Source: a virus. Taken from it: a stretch of DNA of 64,000 nucleotides. The DNA lies in IMG/VR virus record IMGVR_UViG_3300036715_000153, positions 1 through 64,000 of that record, one strand, 5' to 3'. The notes under the pieces were generated by a model. The model made no database searches. It had not been told where the DNA came from and saw only the letters and a program-made list of their open reading frames with translations. The translations under genes and the position numbers were made by a program. Positions 39,155 to 48,358 of this stretch are shown here, piece after piece (the first letter of the stretch is position 1; the number at the start of each line of letters is the position of its first letter).

Positions 39155-39228
39155 AGTTCATGTAGTGATTATACAGTCTTTTAGGAAATAGTCAACCTAA
39201 TTAGCAACTTTCTTGTAAGTCAATGATT
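39155..39228 (-). promoter_or_regulatory. promoter cassette copy 6 driving the tRNA cluster
   Basis: TTGACT-N16-TATAAT-CACTACATGAAC; near-IHF site at 39228-39216. Confidence 0.78.
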
Positions 39229-39332
39229 CATTTAGATCGCTTAAGAAAAAGCCCCGTGTATCGCTACGCAGGGCCCAAGATATCGCGCATATTCATTTCT
39301 TCACAAAATGAATAATCTGGAAAAATATACGT

Positions 39333-41054
39333 TTAAACGATGCGACTAAAGTTTCCTTGTTTTTCTATTGTAATAACAGACCTACAATATGAAGATATAA
39401 GATCTGGTTTGTGGCTAATGATCCACACATTACTTTCTTCGCCCACTTCTTTCATTAAAGACATGACGGACTCTACGTCAGAGGCAGACAATGCTGAATC
39501 TATAACCTCGTCGAAGAAGATTAGGTTTGTGCTTACAGCGTTTCTACTCATTGCAACCTTACGCCACGCTAGGGTGATTGCAAGCCCTATCCTAGATTGT
39601 TCGCCTTGACTAAGGCTACCAAACGACATACTGTCTCTGAACCTAGCCAATATAGTTTCTTCGAACTCTTCATTTAATGAGAACCTCATGTGGAATCCCA
39701 TCGTATCTAAATATCTGTTAATGGTATCGTTGAGTAAAGGTATATACGACTTAATAATAGTAGACTTGATGCCGTCCTCTTTCAAAAACTGTTGTGCTAC
39801 TTGTATATATCTATTTTCTTCACCCAGCGCAGCCTTATGTTCAACTAAAGCTGACACCTCATCGTGTAGTGAAACGATACGCTGTGCTATATCCTTAACC
39901 ATCTCTGTACCTTGAGTAGAGACGGTCCTTAGATCATGCTCTTTACTCTGCAACGACTTAGTATGTACGTCTAGCGATAGTTTCAGTGAAACTGCCTGCT
40001 GCTTTAGCGTTGATAAGTTCGACTCTATTAATTCTAACTCTTTTAATGACCCTAACATGTCTTCGATATTACTGTTTAATATTGAAGTCTGCTTATCAAT
40101 GGAACTTAACTCGGCTTCCCTTACCTCGATTAACTTTGACGCGTGGTCGGTGTCGATAGACTGAGCACACGCCGGACACGATGTATTAGAATTAAAGAAC
40201 CCTATGTCTGTTTTAAGAAAATTGCTTCGATTAGATAGTTTCTGCAATGCAGCGCGAAGGTTATCTAGTTCTTCAGTTATATGGCTCTTATTAACCATAC
40301 TAGATGCTATCGTCATTGCAGTGGAGGCTAACTCCGTTAAGTCTGAATTAATTTCGGCAATTCTTATTTTTTCAGATTCAACTTGATCTTTAATTAATTG
40401 TACTCTCGATTCATCTTGTGACTGTAAGGTAATAAGATTATCTTTAAGACCTTTAATAGATGTTTTGAGTCCTACTATTGTGGATTCCGTAGTAGTTATG
40501 TTATTCTTAATCTCAGATTGAAGTTCTCGCGATTTAACCAGCATCTTCTGGAAAATACCTGTACCTAGAATTTCATCTACAAACAATCTCCTGTCAGATG
40601 CCTTTAACCAAAGGAATGGGCTGTAGTTAGCGTAGCCTAACACAACAACTTGAACCCACGTCTTATAACTAATGTTAAGTATAGTCTCCTCTAGGTAAGA
40701 CTGATAGTCTCGTACATGTGCAGATTGATCTACTAATACACCGTCGATATATATTTCAAAAACAGAAGGCTTTAGACCACGCACAACAACATAATCTGTC
40801 GTGCCAATCTTAAATGACACCTTAGTCTCGCAGTCTTTTAGATTAACAGTGTTAGTCATATCTTTTTTAGATATGTTCCTGAACGGGACACCATACAAAC
40901 AAAAAGTGACTGCTTCTAGGATTGTACTTTTTCCAGACCCAGATACGCCCTGTACTAGGGTAGTGGGTGAGCGGTTTAGTTGTATAGTAGTAGGAGTATT
41001 CCCAAAACTCAGGAAGTTTTTAAAGGTTACTTCTGTAAAATTAATATGAGGCAC
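39333..41054 (-). CDS. 46: recombination endonuclease ATPase subunit gp46 (Rad50/SbcC-like)
   Basis: FKNFLSFGN, GVSGSGKST, CPAC zinc hook, LSQGE, FFDEVIDS, ISH. Confidence 0.95.
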   Translation of the reverse strand: MPHINFTEVTFKNFLSFGNTPTTIQLNRSPTTLVQGVSGSGKSTILEAVTFCLYGVPFRNISKKDMTNTVNLKDCETKVSFKIGTTDYVVVRGLKPSVFEIYIDGVLVDQSAHVRDYQSYLEETILNISYKTWVQVVVLGYANYSPFLWLKASDRRLFVDEILGTGIFQKMLVKSRELQSEIKNNITTTESTIVGLKTSIKGLKDNLITLQSQDESRVQLIKDQVESEKIRIAEINSDLTELASTAMTIASSMVNKSHITEELDNLRAALQKLSNRSNFLKTDIGFFNSNTSCPACAQSIDTDHASKLIEVREAELSSIDKQTSILNSNIEDMLGSLKELELIESNLSTLKQQAVSLKLSLDVHTKSLQSKEHDLRTVSTQGTEMVKDIAQRIVSLHDEVSALVEHKAALGEENRYIQVAQQFLKEDGIKSTIIKSYIPLLNDTINRYLDTMGFHMRFSLNEEFEETILARFRDSMSFGSLSQGEQSRIGLAITLAWRKVAMSRNAVSTNLIFFDEVIDSALSASDVESVMSLMKEVGEESNVWIISHKPDLISSYCRSVITIEKQGNFSRIV

Positions 41055-42133
41055 TAGATTATAGATTCCTGTAAGGTCTTATCATAGATATCTTTCATTA
41101 ACGTCTTCAACTTATCTTTATCTATTGAATCTGTATCCTGTAGTCCATCTATAGCTGAAGAAATAACAACGTTTATGTTTGTGACTGTATCAGATACAAC
41201 GCTGTCCTTATATGCAGAGTTTAATAATATTGTTTCGTCTACTACCGACAGCTCTGCTGGGTTTTGATTAGATATATAAGACATGACGCTCTCGAACCCT
41301 AGTACGTCTGTCTTACTACGAACTATAAGTTTAACAAACTTATTAGATAAACTCAACTGCTTAATGCTATCGAGAATATCTGTATCTACAGAATCATTAT
41401 ACACGATGCGATTAAATAGCTTGTCGGTATATTCGTAGGGAACGAGTTCCATCGTTTCTGTATCTATCGTATGAAAATATTTCTTATCAAATACGTCTGC
41501 CCAACTCATATCATACGCAGTTCCTAAGTAATATATATTCTCACGTTGGGACTTGCTGTGGTAATGACCAGATAATACTTTGTTAAACGTCTGGAATGGC
41601 TCCATCGTCATCCCATCAGTAGATACAACTCCGGCGTGCATTAAAAACCCAGAACATTCTAGATGAGCACACAAGATGTCCGCAGATGAATTTTCTATAA
41701 TAGATTTGTATTCATTATAATGTTGATTTTGCATCCAGGGAACCATTAAGAATTCAGTAGAGTCGAATTTAATAGTAACCGGTTTATCTACGACAGTTAT
41801 GTTTGGGTAGTGGTCGGTGTCTAATAAAGTAGTGAGCGAGTTAACCTCGTTAGTGTTTCTGAAATAAACATCATGATTACCACATATTACCGTAAGTTTA
41901 ATTCCTCTAGCTTTAAGCACATCGAAGAACCGAGTCCTAAATAAAGTGAGTGTTTTGATATTAACGGATGCTCGAACGTCGAACATATCCCCTAGATGAA
42001 ATATCTGGGTAATGTTGTTCTCCTGGATATAGTCTAGTATATACTCGTGAAACTTTAAGATGTGCTGTTCTACTATATTATGAGAACTGCGGGCACCGAG
42101 GTGTGTATCAGTTAATAAAAGTATTTTACTCAT
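41054..42133 (-). CDS. 47: recombination endonuclease subunit gp47 (Mre11/SbcD-like)
   Basis: TDTHLGAR, HLGDMFD, GNHD, AHLE, SGHYH. Confidence 0.95.
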   Translation of the reverse strand: MSKILLLTDTHLGARSSHNIVEQHILKFHEYILDYIQENNITQIFHLGDMFDVRASVNIKTLTLFRTRFFDVLKARGIKLTVICGNHDVYFRNTNEVNSLTTLLDTDHYPNITVVDKPVTIKFDSTEFLMVPWMQNQHYNEYKSIIENSSADILCAHLECSGFLMHAGVVSTDGMTMEPFQTFNKVLSGHYHSKSQRENIYYLGTAYDMSWADVFDKKYFHTIDTETMELVPYEYTDKLFNRIVYNDSVDTDILDSIKQLSLSNKFVKLIVRSKTDVLGFESVMSYISNQNPAELSVVDETILLNSAYKDSVVSDTVTNINVVISSAIDGLQDTDSIDKDKLKTLMKDIYDKTLQESII

Positions 42134-42755
42134 CTGTGGGACTCATGATGTCTTCTACGGATCTCATTTCATGTTGCTCGAGTTTTTTAAGTCTTGACGC
42201 CTTAACAGAATCTTCGTGTTTAGCAATAACGTCAGATGACCTAAGTTGTAGTAACTCAGTAGACACATTAACAAAGTGCGAGTCTTCGTCTTGAAGCTCT
42301 TGAGATATATCGTCTAACAACGTGCCCAGAGAACTGGCAATATATGCCTTAACCAGCGTTTGATGTTTTTCCTTTTTGATTCTGAAGATAAAAGAATTAA
42401 AACACGCTTGTGTGAAGTATGCGAACGGATTATCTCTATTTCGATAATCGAATTTGTGGACATATTGTATCATGTTAGCCACCGCGTCTGCTACCATCTC
42501 GTCTTTATACGAGTAATTGATAAAGTTGTGCTTTCTACTGTTAAACATAGCAATATCACTAAACACTTTACCAATTGCATTAGGAATCTGAGGTATTGGT
42601 AATCCTGCCGCTAGAGCATCTTCTCGCTTAATTAGATATTCTTTAATGTCTGCATAAAACTTTTCGTTATCTACATAATTAAACTTAGGATCCGCTTTCG
42701 CAGTCTTTGCTACGCCGCCTTGTTTTAATGTTTTACGGGTTTCGTATATTGCCAT
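42126..42755 (-). CDS. 55: late sigma factor gp55
   Basis: NYVDNEKF, NFINYSYKDEMVAD, NPFAYFTQACFNSF..RIKKEK. Confidence 0.92.
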   Translation of the reverse strand: MAIYETRKTLKQGGVAKTAKADPKFNYVDNEKFYADIKEYLIKREDALAAGLPIPQIPNAIGKVFSDIAMFNSRKHNFINYSYKDEMVADAVANMIQYVHKFDYRNRDNPFAYFTQACFNSFIFRIKKEKHQTLVKAYIASSLGTLLDDISQELQDEDSHFVNVSTELLQLRSSDVIAKHEDSVKASRLKKLEQHEMRSVEDIMSPTDE

Positions 42756-42940
42756 GGGAGTGAAATGATTAGTTAGTTAGAGTATTAATATTAACACGCA
42801 ACCATCTAACTGTCAACCTAATCCTTGCTGTTAGAAAAAAATAGGTTGACAAGCGAAAAAAAAGGTGTAATAATCTATAGATAGGTAAGTACATACGGCT
42901 GCCGCCCAATGCTATGTATTTACTGCAAATATGTTACTAG

Positions 42941-44455
42941 CTAGAGATTAATACTTCTGATTCTAAAGTTCATCTCTTGTTCTGCATATATGCTGAATCT
43001 ATGCTGAGCATGACTTAATGAGAAGTTTGGCTTAGACTGTTCAAAGTTATCAAACAAGTCATACACAGTACATTCTTCTTTATCTGATGCTAATCTAAGA
43101 CCTCTACCTATTGATTGAAGTATTCTAACAATAGACTTAGAAGATGAACTAAATATTATATTGTGTATTCTCTTAACCGAAACTCCAGTTGACATAGTAC
43201 CACTCGAGGCAAGAACGATTGCGTTATCCTCTTTCTCTACGATCGATCGTATATCATTTCTTTCAGAACCCTCGACACCTCCGTGTATATAGAATATACT
43301 TCTATCTGGTAATTCTGAGGTAAGCAATTCATTAAGAACGTCTCCGTGTTCCTCGATACGATTAAACAGAACGAGCGTATTACCCTTTAAGTTCTTAACT
43401 AGATTTAATATAAAGTTATTGCGTTTCTCGAATCCATTTAAGAATGATGTTTCTGCTTGATAGTCCAAACTCTTAGTATAGCTTTTCGTATCTGTTGGGT
43501 ATTTCAACTCTATACATTCTATCTTGAGAGGCGATACTCTACCAGACTCTGTTGCCTGTTTAATCGACTGTATTTTGACTACAGGTCCCAGACTAGACTT
43601 AATTACCATTTCGTTGGTTAGTGATCCGTCTAGCGTACCTGTCAATCCTATCTTATATTCAGCCTGAGTGCAAGCATTGACTAATTTCTGTAAGCTATCT
43701 CCCTTAGCCAAATGACACTCGTCGACAACTACCGATTTAAACTGTTCGAAGAACTCAAAGTCTTTTGCTTTGTAGATAGGCAGAAGAGATTGCCAGGTGC
43801 TGATTAAGATTTGAGTCTTACCAGTATATGAATATTCTGAATACAACTTCTCGACGTTGTGTTCTACGATCCATTCGTCATCTAGCTCCGAATAGTCCTT
43901 GAAGTCCCCATACAGTTGTTCTACTAATGATACAGATGGTACAATGATTAATAGTTTGTCTGTTGTGAGTTCTTGTAACAGTCGGTTAATTAGGTATATC
44001 GAGGCAGACTTACCAGTTGATGTGGCAGACAGGAATACTTGACGTTTGTGTTTAATTGCATAATACGCCATCTTGAGTTGGTAGTCGTACGCGTTAATCA
44101 CATTACCCCCAGATGAGAGAGGGATATTCTTTAATGCAGATGTGAACATGTCCTTAGAAACGATTGGATTGGAAAAACACTCAACCACTTCTTTGTCTAT
44201 CGAGATATTATATCCACGATCAGTTACGAACTTAGATAGTTCTGGAACGAGCCCCACGGGTAAAGTAGACTTCGCAGAATTATATAAACGGATCTTTCCA
44301 TCCCAACGTCTTGCCTTAACTAAGGGGTGGTGTTTGGCATTTTCTATGTAGAACGAAAACGTTTCAGATAGCTCCATCCTGACATCGTCTGGACAGTGGA
44401 TCTTTACGTTTGAGTTATTTAAGAATGATACTTTGATGGTTTCCATAATACTCAT
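42941..44455 (-). CDS. uvsW: UvsW RNA-DNA helicase
   Basis: WDGKIRL, YDYQ, SATSTGKS, VDECH, GLTGT, STGVS, LQSIGRGLR. Confidence 0.95.
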   Translation of the reverse strand: MSIMETIKVSFLNNSNVKIHCPDDVRMELSETFSFYIENAKHHPLVKARRWDGKIRLYNSAKSTLPVGLVPELSKFVTDRGYNISIDKEVVECFSNPIVSKDMFTSALKNIPLSSGGNVINAYDYQLKMAYYAIKHKRQVFLSATSTGKSASIYLINRLLQELTTDKLLIIVPSVSLVEQLYGDFKDYSELDDEWIVEHNVEKLYSEYSYTGKTQILISTWQSLLPIYKAKDFEFFEQFKSVVVDECHLAKGDSLQKLVNACTQAEYKIGLTGTLDGSLTNEMVIKSSLGPVVKIQSIKQATESGRVSPLKIECIELKYPTDTKSYTKSLDYQAETSFLNGFEKRNNFILNLVKNLKGNTLVLFNRIEEHGDVLNELLTSELPDRSIFYIHGGVEGSERNDIRSIVEKEDNAIVLASSGTMSTGVSVKRIHNIIFSSSSKSIVRILQSIGRGLRLASDKEECTVYDLFDNFEQSKPNFSLSHAQHRFSIYAEQEMNFRIRSINL

Positions 44456-44640
44456 TTAGTGGAGAACTAAACAGAGTTAGGTATTAGGAAAAGTGTGAAA
44501 ATGACGGTTGTAAGTTACTGATTATAATGGGGAAAAAATCACAAATTTCACGATTTTTCCAATCTACGTATCTACGACTGTATTTTAAGTCTTATCTCGA
44601 CGTTAAAGTGCGAGATAATTGTAAGTCATTGATTTTAATA

Positions 44641-45066
44641 CTAAACTACGCCGTTTATTAGCTTGTTATAATCTATGATATTCTTAAGTAAGAACTGACG
44701 CGAATTGATTGCTTTTATTGCCTCAAGTAACAACTCTACTTTAGTTTCCTGAACAGCAATCTTAGACCTAACTTCCTGCAATATCGTATCTGCTTCTAAG
44801 AATATGGATATATCCCCACGCAATACTTTAAGATCGAAGTTCTCTTCTTTATATTGTTGAGGATTAGCCTTACCGCTGTAAAATAACCATCGTTCTTGAT
44901 AAACTCGTTGGAGTTCTAGTTGGAGTGACTTTAGCGTTAAGTTCTCGGTAGACCGGATCTTAAGCAACTTGCCGTGTATGATCGGAATACGCTTTGCTTC
45001 TACAGATACATCATCTGAAATGTGTTGGTTATCGTCGATTAACTGTTGTATTTCGTTTAGGGTCAT
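44641..45066 (-). CDS. uvsY: recombination mediator UvsY
   Basis: IPIIHGK, WLFYSGKA, FDLKVLR.DI..FLEAD, SRQFLLKNIID. Confidence 0.88.
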   Translation of the reverse strand: MTLNEIQQLIDDNQHISDDVSVEAKRIPIIHGKLLKIRSTENLTLKSLQLELQRVYQERWLFYSGKANPQQYKEENFDLKVLRGDISIFLEADTILQEVRSKIAVQETKVELLLEAIKAINSRQFLLKNIIDYNKLINGVV

Positions 45067-45323
45067 GTTAGTATTTAATGTAGAAATTTACATTAAAGTT
45101 TACTACATCTACTATCGTCTGTCAACTTCATAGTGACGGTATACCCCTTGAGTCTTTGCATAATTGATTGCATCTCTTGCCGACAGTAACAATTCTACGA
45201 TCTGTTCTGCATTCTTACACGACATTGGCAATACTTCATTCTGAGTACCTGTACAATTCTTCTCGATGAAAACACATACTTGAGATAACTCGTCTAGTAG
45301 CATATTGATATTATGATAGGTCA

Positions 45324-45833
45324 TCATAATGTCCTGGATATATCCATTGTAGTAAAGTCAAACGTAACATCACACGACACAGTCAAGATATCTGAATCTG
45401 TTTGCGTCATCTGGAACCCCGATAGTGAGGTAGGTAAACATCTGCGGTAATTGATATTAAGCAGAGGCTTTTTGTAATTAGATAATATCGTCATTGTTAT
45501 ATCAGTAAACAACGAATCTTCATTACCAGATGGTTCTGTTATCGTAGCGTACTGACCGTAATCCTCGGGATATGCTGCTCCCTTCATCCAATTAACAATC
45601 TCTTCCCAGTTAGAAAGATCTTCGTTTAGTTTAAAGGATAGCGTTATTTGATCATACTGTAACCGGTCACCAACGCGAGAGATATTCGAGAACGGGTTCC
45701 CTTGTTGTGGGTTAGACATAGTGATACCAGGAACAGATACGTCTGTAGTCATAAACGCAATATTCTTAAACCGCTCGACGACAACTATGAAACTCGTCGC
45801 ATTAAGAAAGTCTGTGGTTTGTAATGATGTCAT
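45324..45833 (-). CDS. 3: tail tube terminator / gp3-like
   Basis: FLNATSF, VPGITM, GDRLQYDQ..F.LNEDLSNW.EI.NWM, PTSLSG. Confidence 0.8.
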   Translation of the reverse strand: MTSLQTTDFLNATSFIVVVERFKNIAFMTTDVSVPGITMSNPQQGNPFSNISRVGDRLQYDQITLSFKLNEDLSNWEEIVNWMKGAAYPEDYGQYATITEPSGNEDSLFTDITMTILSNYKKPLLNINYRRCLPTSLSGFQMTQTDSDILTVSCDVTFDFTTMDISRTL

Positions 45834-45859
45834 AATAGGATCAGATTAATTGAGTTCAA

Positions 45860-46954
45860 TTATTTAGTTTTGAGTATAGTCCTCGCCTTAGCTCGATATT
45901 CCGACATCGTTATGTTTGGGTACATTTCACGTGCAATGAGATATCTCTTAATAGTCGATCCGTCGATATTGAGAATTTTCTTTGCATCTGAGATAGAGCT
46001 GTATGATACTCCGTCGATAGTGACGGACTTACCTTTTAGTTTTCTTGCTGCGAGGCTGTTAATATCACATTGTTTTTTGTATTGCGTTAACCATTCATCG
46101 AACGAAGTTACTATTCCATCCTCTACATATTTCTTTATCAGTCGGTTGTCTGTATTATTTGCTATTGCTGCTTTGGATATCGACGAATATACTATGCAAT
46201 CGACCACAACAGATTTACTAGATGATTTAAGTCTGCTTTGATTATTATTCTCTTTTTCTAAATCAAGCCATTCCTTAAATGATTTATCACCTTGATAATT
46301 ACTGTATCGTTTGATGATTTTGTAAATCATACTCTTTTTAATGTTGTGTGTTTGAGCTACATCTAATATGGACGGGTATACTACACCGTCAATTTCAATA
46401 ATAGTTGCGTGTAGGGTCTTCCTGACTTCCTTGCTGCGTTTACTCAAGTCATATTCAAATTCGTGTACCGCTGTATCGCTTGAATATTCTGAATTATACT
46501 TTCTTAAATTTTGATACGATATCCCGGTTGCTTTAGTTGCATCCCTCATACATCCATATTCCAACCCATCAACTATAATTGGAACTGCAGACGGATTATC
46601 TCCACCAGACAGCGAATCTCTTTTAGCAATGCTAGCGTATTCGTATATGTGGGCAAACTCGTCTAAGTTAGACTCGTCGACTTCTTTAGTGTTACACATC
46701 CAAAACAACGCGTGAGCCATCTTAGATATTTCGTCTTTACTACCACATTCACGGAGCGCATCTAACAGAAGGTAATGGGCTTTGAGGTGATTGTACGGTG
46801 ACAGATATACTGTTTGGTCATTATCACCAAATATTGCCCGAGGATATACGTGATGCGACTCGTCATACTTATCTGGTACAACTTTATTATCCGAGCAAAA
46901 TTCTAAATATTTGGATAATTTGGCAGACGTGAAATTAAAGTTTAGTGTATTCAT
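45860..46954 (-). CDS. HNH homing endonuclease with four NUMOD1-like HTH repeats
   Basis: ESHHVYPR..FG...LSPYNHLKAHYLL; repeats (I/V).IDG..Y.SI..A. Confidence 0.8.
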   Translation of the reverse strand: MNTLNFNFTSAKLSKYLEFCSDNKVVPDKYDESHHVYPRAIFGDNDQTVYLSPYNHLKAHYLLLDALRECGSKDEISKMAHALFWMCNTKEVDESNLDEFAHIYEYASIAKRDSLSGGDNPSAVPIIVDGLEYGCMRDATKATGISYQNLRKYNSEYSSDTAVHEFEYDLSKRSKEVRKTLHATIIEIDGVVYPSILDVAQTHNIKKSMIYKIIKRYSNYQGDKSFKEWLDLEKENNNQSRLKSSSKSVVVDCIVYSSISKAAIANNTDNRLIKKYVEDGIVTSFDEWLTQYKKQCDINSLAARKLKGKSVTIDGVSYSSISDAKKILNIDGSTIKRYLIAREMYPNITMSEYRAKARTILKTK

Positions 46955-47141
46955 ATTATCACATACTAACATTATTCGCATAGAATGTCAAATATTTAAG
47001 TCGTAGAAAAAGCCCAACTTAATGAGCTTTTCTTATTACCAGCGGAGATTCACGACAGATTGAACTAAATAGAATGGTAGCCGCGATATTACTAGTATCC
47101 GCTACCTCTAGTCACTCTAATAACAATTGAAAGGCAATCGT

Positions 47142-48287
47142 ATGACCAGCAATCTAATTTATACAACGTTAAAACTCAAATCCAAGAACGAACATTATCT
47201 AATTAGGTATTGTAACTTCATTCGATCACTAAGTACACAACTTTCTTCCGGAGGCACAGAGGCTCACCATATTTGTCCGGTTGGCGAATATCCAGAATAT
47301 TCTGATTTCGAATTACACCCATGGAACTGTGTACACCTAACAAAACACCAGCACTTTATCGCGCACTGGATGCTATGGAAAATCTTAGGATTATCTCAGA
47401 CCCGCGCGTTCAATATGATGAGTACAACCCGTGATGGAATTAGGATTAAATCTGGTCGGGTATTTGCACAGTTGAAGGACGATTATCACGCTGAGCAGAT
47501 CAGGTTGGCTGAGTTAGGGTTACATGCAAATCAGACACAAGAGTTCAGAGATCAACAACGGGCTGTGCAGAACGCCATAGTCGCCGCAGGTGAGCATCAC
47601 TGGTTAACTGAAGAACATAGTATATTTAAGAGTGAAATGGAAAAGAAGAGATATGAAGATGGTACTCATCCGTGGTGTAGTAAAGAGTTCCAGGAGGAGA
47701 ATGGCGCGCGTGCTTCGGCTAGGCAGAAGGCATTAGTTGATGCAGGTGTGCATATTTGGCAGAGTGAAGAGTGCAAGGCAGAAACATCGAGGAGGCTCTT
47801 AGAACTATCTGCCAAAGGAGAACACCCCTTCCAAGATGCGGAGTTCAAAGCTCGTAATTCTGCTAGACAAAAAGAATTATCGGCCAAGGGAGAACATCAT
47901 ACACAACAGAAAGAGTGCATCGAATTACACAAGGAAGGGTTATTGTGTAAAAGAAACAGGAATAATGTTGCTATATTGAAGGGTCACGCGGAAAGACTTC
48001 GAATGGTCTTAGGTTCGGGCTATGATTTAAAATCGGATGAATGGATAAACGAAAAGATTAAAGAATTAGAGTTAATTGAATATATAGAACCACCAAAGGC
48101 ATATCAGTGCAACTCAGACGAATCTCTAAAGGCATCTGGATTGAGAATAAAGAATAAGTCGAATAGGGAATGTGTTGTAGAGTTAAGACTTCTTGCTAAG
48201 GACAAAAATGTTACCCTATCTAGGGGATATAGCATGAAACCAGATGAATGGATATTAGAAAAGATTAAGGAAATACAAAAGTTGTAG
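47142..48287 (+). CDS. HNH homing endonuclease with repeated C-terminal modules
   Basis: EAHHICP...WNCVHLT..QHFIAHWMLWK; upstream CTAAATA promoter. Confidence 0.8.
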   Translation: MTSNLIYTTLKLKSKNEHYLIRYCNFIRSLSTQLSSGGTEAHHICPVGEYPEYSDFELHPWNCVHLTKHQHFIAHWMLWKILGLSQTRAFNMMSTTRDGIRIKSGRVFAQLKDDYHAEQIRLAELGLHANQTQEFRDQQRAVQNAIVAAGEHHWLTEEHSIFKSEMEKKRYEDGTHPWCSKEFQEENGARASARQKALVDAGVHIWQSEECKAETSRRLLELSAKGEHPFQDAEFKARNSARQKELSAKGEHHTQQKECIELHKEGLLCKRNRNNVAILKGHAERLRMVLGSGYDLKSDEWINEKIKELELIEYIEPPKAYQCNSDESLKASGLRIKNKSNRECVVELRLLAKDKNVTLSRGYSMKPDEWILEKIKEIQKL

Positions 48288-48291
48288 ACGT

Positions 48292-48321
48292 GAAAAAGCC
48301 TCTATTGCTAGAGGCCTTTCT
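48292..48321. terminator. bidirectional terminator between HNH gene and gp23
   Basis: AAAAA-GCCTCTA/TAGAGGC-CTTTC. Confidence 0.65.
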
Positions 48322-48358
48322 TATTACACTAATATATTGCTATATCAGAGGTTACTTA

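Noticed and set aside
3861-39228. Dispersed repeats as a CRISPR array
   Set aside because: Copies are irregularly spaced (mostly kilobases apart), contain -35/-10 boxes, and no cas operon is present; the 12068-12715 nuclease is a standard phage exonuclease
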